Source: Chiloscyllium plagiosum (taxonomy: Eukaryota). Taken from it: DNA of 64,000 nt. Shown piece by piece: positions 36,899-48,579 of this stretch. The notes below the pieces were generated by a model. That model was given only the letters and a program-made list of their open reading frames with translations, searched no databases and was not told the DNA's origin. The translations under genes were made by a program, and so were the position numbers. The DNA lies in NCBI RefSeq assembly GCF_004010195.1, contig NC_057719.1, positions 29,116,822 through 29,180,821 of the forward strand. Reading direction: 5' to 3'. Within the stretch, counting starts at the first letter, position 1; every line of letters begins with the position of its first letter.

Positions 36899-36982
36899 GT
36901 ATTAAAAAATTACATTAAAGGATTTTTTACATTAGAATCTATTCATAATTCTAAGAAAGGTATTTTTCTTTCTCTTTAACAG

Positions 36983-37025
36983 ATTCATCATCTTTTGGAT
37001 CATTGAATCAATGGGCTTTAGAAAT
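36983..37025 (+). CDS. C14orf39: SIX6OS1 coding exon 6 (DSSSFGSLNQWALEI)
   Basis: 43 nt after an 84-nt intron with a strong pyrimidine tract. F.SL..W.L.I motif. Confidence 0.88.
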
Positions 37026-38975
37026 GTATCTATTAAAATTCTTTGTTACTGTTACATTTGGTTTGGTTTAGCTTTGTAAAGCGCAATTAATGATGTTACA
37101 TTTTCTGTATTTAGTATATGGTTCACATTTTCAGGCATAAGTAAGTTCATATCAATCATGGCAAAAATCATAGAATAATTTCCCAAAGATCTCTGATTGT
37201 TTTGTCCATTGGTGAGTAGATATTTTCTATCATCCTCAATAATTACATCTGTACAAAGAAAAAGTACATATTTTTTGACAGTGCCTTTGCTGAGTTACAA
37301 TTGATGTTGAAGTAATTGAATCAAAGAGCCAAGCATTGTTTGAAAAGATCAATATATATCATGCCATCGTCAACAATGTCACTCTACCAACATGGCCTGT
37401 CATTGCTTAACTATATATTTTTCTTTCTTTAATGGACTGTGGGTATCAAAGGAAAGACTCACATATAGACTTCTCCCAGACAAGGAAGAAAATTAACTTG
37501 AATGTTGGAAACATTCCAGAATGAGAGAATCTTTATGGCTGCCAGTTTCAAAAAATCCATGTCCTTGAAACTGCTAGTTCCTCCTGTTGATGTATTGGTG
37601 GCTTTTATGGCTGCAAATTCTTTGTCTATACATCCATACCTACATTAACAGTGAAATAGGGGTTGGCTGTGCTCATCAGCATACATCCAGCACAGGTATG
37701 ATTGCTGAATGGCTGCTTTCGTACTGTACTATTCTACAATTCTATTGACTGTGTTTTAGTCTATTTACAGTATACCACATAGCACTGCAAATTCAAAAAA
37801 AATTGATTCTGTTGCACTACAGCTGGCATGGATACACTTGAGTTAGTTTGTTTTATATCTTTCTTAGACTTTGTTTACTACCATAAGTTGCAGCTTTCTG
37901 AAATTTATACGTATTTGCAGAATTGATTTAACATCTCTTTCAGGCTAAATAACATTTTGGTGAACATGCTTTTGCTTTAAAACAGAAAGTTGACTCGTGG
38001 AACTTAAAAAGCTGATCTAGGGTTCAATCCAAACTTGGTGAATTAATTTTGTCTTGGTACAGACTTGGGTAAGGACCTGCACTGTCAGCATTTTTTTGAA
38101 TTGATTCTAGGGTCATAGCCATAACTGCAGGATCAAGAGATGCTAAGCGAGTGGGAGTCTATAAAGTCCCAACCATTTCAAAGGTTAATTTCATTCATTT
38201 AGTAGTTACATAAAACTTCAAAGCTACTTAAAGCCCAGGGTAGGTATTGATTACATTTTTTTCCAGTCCCAGTGGAGGGACATTGGTTTAATTGGCTACA
38301 GAGAATGTCAAGAGAATCATACCTTGCACTTTTTCCTCAAATATAATGAAATCATACCTTTAAATGGAATAATCAAATCCACTCACCATAGATTTGAAGT
38401 AAGTAATTTGCTGCATTTGTGAAAGTTGAAGTGAAGGGTTCTGGTTTACAATCAGTAATTTGCTGAATTTTAGGTGGTTCAAATCACCCCCCAGATCCTC
38501 GTTCTGACGCTGGACTTACTTAAGAATGTGAAATGAAGATGGCAGTAGACAGGTGTTTCAGGACAAAAGAATCTTTGCATTTATTAAATACAAAAGTTAA
38601 GTATAATACAAGAAATAAAGGCAAATGTAATTGACACAATGAGTTAGAGAGGACAGTAATTCAATACACTATTAAATTAGACTCAAGTTAAACACTATTA
38701 GAAGCTAAATGGTAGTTTTAGTCACAAACTTTAAACAGGCTTCCTACCCTTGCACCATCACCACCCACCTTCCCCTCCCTGCTAGCTAGGTTGGAAACAT
38801 TGGGGTCTGGAGTTCAAGCTCACCACTGGGAAAAAACACAATTTTGAAGTACAATTGGTTGTTCCATTTGCCATTACTGGTGCCTCAATAAAGACTTCAG
38901 ATGGTATAGGCCTTCAGTGTGGGTATTATCTGCTCATGCAGTAGGATGTGCAGTGGATTTTTTGGGTGAGTACTT

Positions 38976-39714
38976 TGTTACGAAACAGCGGTGTACCTTT
39001 CTGTTAATTAAACCAAACACCTAGAAAAGCTCACCTTGCCTTGTAATCTGTTAAAATATGAGTGACAGAGAACTTCCAAATTCCACTATTTAAAGAAAAT
39101 AATGTCAATTTATTCTTTAAATCTAAAAGTGAACATTAAACAACAACTATTCACAACTCTAAGCCCCCCTTTCTCTTAACTGCTTGTCATCAGCCTCCAA
39201 CTCTATAGCAATATACTATCCCAAAAAAACCATTAAAATTACATCAACCTAATTTCTAAACTATACAGCAACTGTTGTTGGTGTCTTTCTTCTTCTGGCT
39301 GAAGATCTCCCTGGGTTGTCGTCTTTTTGTTTACTGCGAATATGTTTCATATGAAAAAGGTACCTTTGATAGAGAGTGTTTCAATGGCAGTTGCTCTGTC
39401 TGACTTTCAAATGCCTGCTTTTTTAAACCCCCAACATCAGATCGTCTCATTAGTTTGATGTTGGCAAAACAATAAATTCAAACTCGATTGGGTTTTAGTA
39501 TCCTGAGGCATAATTTAAACAGATTGGTTAAGTTTGAAGTGTTGTCAAAACAGCAACCAACTCAGGTATCCATTTCATAGCCAAATGTTACATATTTTCA
39601 ATTTTCCAATACACTAAGACTGCTACTAGTCGTATGACAGGTGCTTGTAAGCTCTCAGTGCAGTACAGCATTCACTCTCTTAAAGGAACAGTACATGCCT
39701 TCTACTTCATAATA
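38976..39714 (-). repeat. 3' LTR of the Gypsy element (739 bp)
   Basis: TGTTACG...CATAATA termini, abuts the PPT. Its last about 260 bp match 44530-44791. Confidence 0.85.
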
Positions 39715-42700
39715 CCTCCCCCAAAGGAAAAAAAAAACCATTATAATGAAAAGATGGCTTCTTTTTTTTCTATATCTTAAACCCATTACAATGAAATACA
39801 TAGGTCATTAATCTAAGTTCATATTAATTTCTGTACACATATAACATTGGAATCTGTTCCATCTTATCTATACCTTTTCCTTTAAATCCGCAATAAGGCA
39901 TCTACTGTCATATTTTTATAACCCACAACATGTACAATTTGTAAATTAAAAGTCTGTAACATAAGACTCAAATGAAATATTCTTGTATTTTTGTCTTTAA
40001 AACATTCCAAGACTGTAAGAAGATTGTGATACGTGTACACAATCGTCTCCAACACATTGTTCGTCACATAAACATTAAAATATTGTAAGACCAGTACCGA
40101 ACTCAATTCTTTTTTGATGGTAGAGTAGTTTCTCTGGTGGGTATTAAGTTTCTTTGAAAAGTAGCCAGTTAGCCATTCAATTCCATCATAATCTTCCTGG
40201 AGCAGTTCAGCTCCAATTCCTATATTGCTTGCATTGATTGCAACTTTGAAGGGTTTCAAAAACTTTAGTGTAACTAAAACTGGTATGGTGGTTAATATTG
40301 CTTCTAAATGATCAAATGTCTCCTGGCATTGTTCAGTCCACTGAAATTTTGTGTTCTTCTTCAGTAAATCTGTTAGTGGTGCCATCACGCTGCTGAAGTT
40401 TGTAACAAACTTCCAGTAGAATTGCATAGTCCCAAAAATTGAAGCACCTCTTTCTTTGAGATTGGTCATGGAAATTTCTTGATGACATTCATCATGTCGT
40501 TCCTTGGGGTCAACTTTCCATGACCGATATTATATCCCAGGAACGTCACCTCTGCTTTCGTGAATTCTGTTTTCTTTAAGTTTATTACCAGTTTTGCTTC
40601 TCATAATAATTCAAAGAGTTCTGCCAACTGTATCATGTGATCTTTCCATGACTTGCTAAAGATCACTACATCATTAAGATAAACTGCATAGTTTGTTAAA
40701 CCAATCACAATTCTGTTCATGAGTCTGTGGAATGTGGCTGGTGCATACTTCATTCCAAAAGTCATCACTTTGAATGGATATAGCCCATTTGGGGTTACAA
40801 ACGCAGAAACATCTTTTAGCTTTCTCGAATAAAGGTACCTGCCAATAACAACTCAGTAAGTCCAATTTTGTAATGTAACTGGCTTGTCCAAATTTCTCTA
40901 TACAGTTCTCCAATCTTGGTTTGGGTATGAGTCCAATTTTGATATGGCTTTGACGTTCCAATAGTCCACACAAAATCGTTGCATCTCGTCAGGTTTGGGA
41001 ACTAACACGATAGGCGAACTCCACTCATTCTGACTTGGTTCAATGATATCTTCATTGAGCATCGCATTCACTGCCTTCTGGATATGTGTGACTTTGAAAG
41101 GATTAAGTCTGCAGGGGTGTTGTTTTATCAGAACTCATTGTTGTTTTATCCACCTCATGCACAATAGTATCAGTCCCTCCATCTTATTCCTGCATATGTC
41201 CTGATACTGCTGCAACAAACCTTTTAATTGGATTTTTTGCTCTTGAGACAAATAGTTCACTAACCTATCCCACTCCTCAAGGAATTCCTCATTGTTTAAC
41301 ATATTTTGAGGTACATCAAACTCCATGACATCTGGATTTGATTCATCTGTGGGGCAGTAACTAACATGACATACCCGATACAATTTTTCTTCTATCTGAC
41401 GTCTTTACCAGATAGTTTACCTGATTCAACTTTTTCTAAATTTGATAGGGACCACTAAACCTTTGAAGATATCTCCTACCACTGGTAACAATACTAATAT
41501 GTCATCCCCATTGAAAAATGTCTGAATGTCAGAGTTTTTTATCTGCTACCTGTTTCATTCTATGCTGTGCCCTCTTCAGGCGCTGTTTAGCTAACTCACC
41601 TACCCAGTTTAATCTCTCCCTTACCTCAGATGCTTAATCTAAGTGTGAGTTCTTTGACTTTGGTCCTATCAACTTCTCTTTAGTTAATTTCAAAGGCCTT
41701 CTCACTTCATGTTCAAATATCAACTCAAAGGGAGTAAACTGAGTAGATTAGTTTGTGGCATCTCTAATGGCAAACAATATGAATGGAATACCTTTATCCC
41801 AATCATTCGGGTAATCTTGACAGTATGGTCTTAACGTGGTCTTCAGGATCTGATGCCGCCTTTCCAAAGGTCCCTGGGATTCAGGATGATACGCACTTGA
41901 TTTAAAGTGCTGTACATCTAAGGTATCCATGACTTCCTTGAACAGCCTAGCAGTAAAATTACACCCTTGGTCTGACTGAATTCCTCTGGGTAGCCCATAC
42001 CACATAAAGAAAGTTACTAACTCCTCTACCCCACTTTTTGCCTTAATACTCTGTACTGGAATTGCCTTTGGAAATCTGATATACAATCCTTATGGTTCAC
42101 AAGTACTGGCTTCCACTTTCAGTTTTAGAGAGGGGAACTACACAATCAATCATAACATGCATGAAAGGTTCTTTGAATGTGGGAATTGGCAACAAAGGTG
42201 CTGGTTTTATTGATACCTGTAGCTTACCTACCATTTGGCATGTATGATATGTACAGCAAAATTTAACCACATTCTTGTGTATCCCAGGCCAATAGAATTG
42301 CTTTTGGACCTTAGCCTGAGACTCCTCATAACTAGGTGACCTCCTACTGGTAAATTATGCACAACCTGTAACACTTCCTGTCTGAATACTAATGGCAACA
42401 AAATCTGGTGCACTTGTGCCCATTTCTCCTCTGCACTGATCTGCTTTGGTCTCCATTTTCATCTTAGGATTCTATCTTTCAGATAATTATACCCAGGAAG
42501 ACATTCTGATTCCTTTTGATATGCATCAATATATATATATCTTTTATTGTTTCATCTTTCTGTTGTAAGTCCATTAGCCTTTCAGGACTAAGCACTTCTG
42601 CCTGACCCTTTGCCTGTTCTGGTTCTTTCTACACCATTACATCAAACTGGGTGTTTGCTAACTGATCCTCAACTCCTTCATCTTTCCCTTTAATTTTTGC

Positions 42701-44529
42701 TTCTTGCTTATAATAGTGAGATCTTGTTACTATACAGTCTGGAAAAATTCCACAGTACTTTTCTTTTAACTCCTCAGTTCCCTGGTCTTCCTTTGGCTTC
42801 TCCTCCACAAGGGGTGTCACTCCCACCTTGAATCCTACTAAATCATTTCCAAGAACAAACTGTATTTCTGGAACTGACACTCTGTCAATCACTCCCACTG
42901 TTACTTCCCCAGTCTTGAGTTGGCACTTCAACTTGATCTTACATAGGGGAATGCTAAATTTCTGTCTATCTATCCCACAATTTATTGCTCTCTTGGGTAA
43001 CAGGTCACAAAGAGTGCAAATGCATTTACCTCTTTCTGTTAGATCCTGTATTTCGCAAACGTATGACTTCTTTCCCTCCTCCCCCTGCTCTTTCTGAGTA
43101 AACATTACCTACAGAGGTGAAGTCTTCATAGAGATCAGGCACTAACTGAATACCCAGCCTCTGCCAGGCTGTGCACTCTCCTGCAGCTCTTCGACTTTTC
43201 TTGGGGTTTCCTTTACTACCTTTACTAATGCCATTGGCTGAGCATCTTTTCCCACAGTGCCTTTCTTTAATGACCAGCACTGAGACTTTACGTATCCCAC
43301 CTCCTGGCAGTGAAAACACCTTTTCCCATACCTTTCTTACACCACCACTGTATTTTCTGTGTGCCATGCCATTACAGTGAAAACACCTGTGGCCTTTCAC
43401 CTCCTTTCACCCTCTTGGGCTTTTTTTTCCACCTGTGGTGAACTATTACTAGTGTGCTCTAATCTTTGTTTTGTAGTGCAGGATCTCCCCTTCTTCTACT
43501 TTCTATCTATCACAGGATGAAATTCTTGCCAGAAGCCAAATTTTGCCTTATTAACCAATGGATATTCATCTTCCATTTCTTCTCCTCTCATTTCTTGAAT
43601 TTTCTGTTCATCCGCATGAATTTTTATCATCACTGGAAACCTCATAAGTCTTATCTATTTTTAAGACCCACACCCATCTATCAAAATGACTGCTTAATTC
43701 TTTTGAACTCAACATAAGTCTGACCTGGCTCCTTCTTTTTGTTTCTGAACTTCTATCTATATGTTTCTGGTACCAATTCAAAAGTAATCAAAATAACCTG
43801 TTTGACATCTGTCTAATCTCTTGACCCCTCATTTGACAGTGTTGCAAATACCTGACTAGTTTTGCCTACCAGCTTAGTCTGAACTAGCATTAGCCACAAG
43901 TTCTCTGACCATTACATCTGCCTAGCCAGTTTTTCAAATGAAATAAAGAAGGTTTTGACATCTTTCTCATCAAAATGTGGCAATGTTTTAACATATTTGT
44001 ATACCTCACTACTTTCTCTCTTCATCTCCATCCTGTTAACTTGACTTTCCTAATTTGCAACTTCTGAAGTTTAAATTCTCTCTCCCTTTCTCTTTCTTCT
44101 CTCTTGCTTTACTCAGCTAAGAACTTACCCCTTTTCTTCTCACTCTCTTCTCTTATGGCTCTTCTTTCCCTTTTTTTATCTTCTAACTCCATTTGTCTCA
44201 ATTGTAATTTAGGTTTTTCTAACTCTACTGCACTTGTCTGTTTCTCTGACACATCTAAGTTCTTGACTAACTCCCTTACAATTTCAGCTTTCCTTTTGTC
44301 CCTGGTTAGACCCAATTCTAATCTGTTTGCTAATTCTAAAAGTATGGCCTTTCTCTGTGTTTCTAAACTTTCTTGGCAAACTTGGGAGGCATCTTCAAAC
44401 CACAGAACCTCTTTAACGATCTGAAGAGTCATTTCTCTCATTTTTAATTTAATTAACCACAAGTAACCAAAATTAAACAAATTGTCTCACCTACATTTTA
44501 TTTAAAGATCTAGGACACTAATCGGCAAG

Positions 44530-44791
44530 TGGTTCAATATTGGCAAAACAATAAATTCAAACTCGATTGGGTTTTAGTATCCTGAGGCATAATTTAAACT
44601 GATTGGTTAAATTCGAATTGTTGGCAAAACCAACTCAGGTATCCATTTCACAGCCAAATGCTACATATTTTCAATTTTCCAGTACACTCTGAGATAGCTA
44701 CTAGTCATATGACAGGTGCTTGTAAGCTCTCAGTGCAGAACAGCATTCATTCTCTCTTAAATGTACAGTATACACCTTCAACTTCATAACC
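44530..44791 (-). repeat. Truncated 5' LTR of the Gypsy element
   Basis: Matches about 39451-39714 only. The inner LTR part and PBS are missing. Confidence 0.85.
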
Positions 44792-45558
44792 ACTTGGCTT
44801 TCCTTGCTTTCTGGTGGATTTTGTGAGCTGCTTTTCACCTCAGGATCTGTCTGAGGCCTTGTGTAAATCAAGTCAGTGGTTTTCGAAGGTTGTTGGTTCT
44901 TAGGTCTGTTGATCGTAATTGCCATTGGTTCTCCTGGTGCGGAACAGGCCTGTGTCGGTAGGTTTTAGAATTGCCATCAGGATCCCTCTTCTGGAAGTAG
45001 CTCTTTTGGATGAGATCATAGCCGGCAATTATAATAATTGTGGGCCTTTTATTTTTGTGGCAAACTGCGCTTGCCATTGTGTTACTGATGTTCCCTTTTA
45101 GGTCGGTTGGCTTCTTGACAGTTAACGGTATGTGTAAACGTATTTTGATTGAGGTTGAATGTACAATATCTCTCTGAATGAATATTGATTGAAGTTGAAT
45201 GTCTGGTATCTGTATTGACTCCATTATGTCTAGGTGGTGTAGCCTGAGATATAAAAGTTAGTATCGGTCTTGAGAGTTAGGTCTGGTTGATTGTTCTTTT
45301 AGAGTGATGGTGTAAATTGGATTTTGGGTTCTACAATGATCCCAGACCGAAATCATTCTGGCTCTGTGTATATTTATTGCAGACTGAGCTCAGGTTTTTG
45401 TGCATTATTTTAGATATTAGAAAAGTCCAGGGTTCTGAGACAAGTATTGTAGAATATGGGGATTTTTTGCTCAGTCCTACAAAGATAAATTCTGATAGGC
45501 CGGGAAGAAAGGTACATTCTTCCCTGAATTTGTAAAACTTTAGCTCAGATCACATTTA

Positions 45559-45881
45559 GTGGCACCATGGCTCAGTGGTTAGCACTGCTGCATCACAGCA
45601 CCAGGAACCTGGGTTCAATTCTAGCCTTGGGTGAATGCCTATATGGAGTTTATTCCACAGTCCAAAGATGTTCAAGTTAAGTGAATTAGCCATGTTAAAT
45701 TGCCCCATAGTGACTACAGACATGCAGGCTATGTGGATTAGCCTTGGGAAGTCTGGATCTGGTGAGATGCTCTTTAGAATAGAATAGAATCCCTACAGTG
45801 TGGATACAGGCCCTTTGGAGCGTCACTGCAGACCTGATGGGCCAAATGGCCTCTTTTTGCACTGTAGGGATTCTATGGTTC
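45559..45881 (+). mobile_element. HE1 V-SINE, older, with an inverted tail fragment inside
   Basis: GGCTCAGTGGTTAGCACTGCTG, GGGTTCAATTC, CAGTCCAAAGATG. Reversed tail at 45775-45816. Confidence 0.8.
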
Positions 45882-46789
45882 ATACTTTTGCATCCAGTAT
45901 TCTTACAAAAGGTTTTAATTGGAATCAAACTTCATCGTAACAGATATATGCCATTAGATATCCTTGGATATCTTTGCATTATCGGTGTCTAGTTTGTACT
46001 TAACAAATATGGGGGAATGTAATGTGCAATAACATGTTAAGTTGTTTGTGACTTTTATTCCATAATTTGTTATTAATGTTAAAGATTTGTCAACCTAACT
46101 GCCTTTTATTCAGCATTCATTGAATCATTTGTAAGAAAGAATAAATGGGAGTGTCAGATTAAACAAGATTTTTACTAAAGGAGGAGAGAACACATGTGGT
46201 CTCTTTGAAATGTGGTCTCCTGTTTAATGTAGGCTATGACCCACCTGCTAAATATAGAAAGTTGAGTAACTTTAGAAAAGCAGCCAAGCAAAGCTTTTAG
46301 GGACAAAAAAGATAGAGTTCATTGCCTTTAACTGCTGGAAAACCTGGTTTTGGAGGGGAATGCAAACACAAAGGTACTTGTTATGTCCATTTTGTGTAGG
46401 TATATGTGAACACAGAAATACGAAAAGTTAAGATTACCTGCAAGACAATGAGATTTTCACTAGGTTTCTTTAATCAACTTAAAAATAATTCATTTATTAT
46501 GAAACAAAATTCATTTCTAAAACTGGTAGAAAAAGTTGGTTAGCACCGAAATGAGAATCTGCAATTAGAGCTATATTTTCTTTTAATCCCAATACCAGCA
46601 AATTTACACAACACACAAGGCAACAAAGACCCTGCAGAGATGCTAGTTTGAAAAGGCAAAAGTAAAACACCATTGTTGGGCAATGGTCTGAGAAACAAAA
46701 GGTAAAATTAATGGATTTTCATAGTCCATTGGCTTTCTTGTTGACAAAATCAAGTTTCTGACAGCCACAGACAGAAGAAAGATTTTCAA

Positions 46790-47614
46790 AGTTTGGGTGA
46801 AGATTTGTAGCTCGGGTGCTCGTTGTTGTGGTTCTGTTCGCCGAGCTGGAAATTTTTGTTGCAAACATTTCGTCCCCTGTCTAGGTGACATCCTCAGTGC
46901 TTGGGAGCCTCCTGTGAAGCGCTTCTGTGGTGTTTCCTCCGGCATTTATAGTGGCCTGTCCCTGCCGCTTCCGGTTGTCAGTTTCAGCTGTCCACTGTAG
47001 TGGCCGGTATATTGGGTCCAGGTCGATGTGTTTGTTGATGGAGTTTGTGGATGAGTGCCATGCTTCTAGGAATTCCCTGGCCGTTCTTTGTTTGGCTTGC
47101 CCTATAATGGTAGTATTGTCCCAGTCGAATTCATGTTGCTTGTTGTCTGCGTGTGTGGCTACTAAGGATAGCTGGTCGTGGAGTTTCGTGGCTAGTTGAT
47201 GTTCATGGATGTGGATCGTTAGCTGTCTTCCTGTTTGTCCTATATAGTGTTTTGTGCAGTCCTTGCATGGGATTTTGTACACTACATTAGTTTTGCTCAT
47301 GCTGGGTATCGGGCCCTTCGTTCTAGTGAGTTGTTGTCTGAGGGTGGCTGTTGGTTTGTGTGCTGTTATAAGTCCTAGGGGTCGCAGTAGTCTGGCTGTC
47401 AGTTCTGAAATGCTCCTGATGTATGGTAGTGTGGCTAGTCCTTTGGGTTGCGGCATGTCCTCGTTCCGTTGTCTTTCTCTTAGGCATCTGTTGATGAGAT
47501 TGCGCGGGTATCGTTTTTGGCAAATTCCTTGTACAGGTGTTCCTCTTCCTCTTTTTGCAGTTCTGGTGTGCTGTAGTGTGTTGTGGCCCTTTTGAATAGT
47601 GTCTTGATGCAACT
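46790..47614 (-). mobile_element. Penelope-like (Poseidon-type) element, 5'-truncated: RT thumb, GIY-YIG endonuclease, pLTR
   Basis: TLPYIRSISE, NVVYKIPCKDC..HYIGQTGR, REFLEAW. Hammerhead-like CUGAGGA...GAAAU at about 46860-46900 on -. Confidence 0.92.
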
Positions 47615-48049
47615 TCGTTTCCAGGCAGTTCAGTCTGTTCAGTTGAAAATCAGACTGGTTCCAAGTCTTGGGAGAGTGATCACAATTCAGCTTCTCAGGG
47701 TTTACAGGGTAGTCCAAATACTGAGATGTGGAAATGTTATCAGATTCCTAATATTGTTAATAAAGAGAGGAAAGAGTGACTTGCAGCTTTTACTTCAAGC
47801 CTTGGATATGTTCTTCTAACTCCCAAGACTATTTGAAACAAAAAAAATCTGAAAGGGTTGTTCAGCAACCATCAGCACAGGACCCAATTATATTTTCCAA
47901 AGCCAGGCTTTCTCACAGTTAAGGGCAATGAACTCCATCTCTTATGTCCTTAAAAGCTTTGCATGGCTGGTTTTCTAAAGTGACTTCCTATATTTAGCAG
48001 ATAACTTGCAGCCTACATTATAGAGCAGACCACATTTCAAAGATAAACA

Positions 48050-48205
48050 TTACACAACACCAGGTTAGAGTCCAACAGGTTTATTTGAAAGTACAAGCTT
48101 TCAGAGTACTACTCCTTCGTCAGGTAACTAGGGGGGAAGGATCTTATTGAATTTATAGTAAAAGATCAAAGTGTCAAACAACTCATGGTATTGAACAAAC
48201 CTAGA
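48050..48205 (-). mobile_element. Penelope pLTR fragment with hammerhead motif (related copy at about 36430-36535)
   Basis: - strand CUGACGA-A-GGAGU-AGU-ACUCU-GAAA-GC-UU (48095-48124), followed by AATAAACCTGTTGGACT. Confidence 0.65.
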
Positions 48206-48579
48206 TTTCAAAGGGACCACATGAGTTCTCTTCTTGTTTAATCTAGGAAGAGTGCAACAGTTCAATATCTGCCAGTTTTTCACATAGTCCATAAGTATAG
48301 AGTTGTAGTCCAGGCGGAATAACATTTTACCTAAGTATGTTTTTTGTACTAGTAAAGACCTGATACATTAGCTTGGGGAAGGCAACTTTTATACTGCACA
48401 GGATGGATAGTTCCAACAGCCATTGTCTTGATCAGCATAATATCTTAAATATCTTAAAGGTAGTGCTTCTGCCATGATTTTTTCTCTATTACTGTATCAA
48501 TATAGATTTATTCCTGCAATATTTAAAAACTATTTCTATTTCATGAAAAAGAGAGGGCTTAGAAGGTAAATGATTGCAA

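Larger units (their letters stand above)
38976..44791 (-). mobile_element. Gmr1-like Gypsy LTR retrotransposon, decayed
   Basis: On -: gag (44480-43500), CFHC knuckle and LRNTGS protease (43400-43030), integrase (42413-41748; IQSDQG, HPESQG), RT (about 41130-40500; KLDLL..YWQVP), RNase H (40469-39882), PPT GGGGGGAGG. TSD ACTT at 38972-38975 and 44792-44795. Confidence 0.9.
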
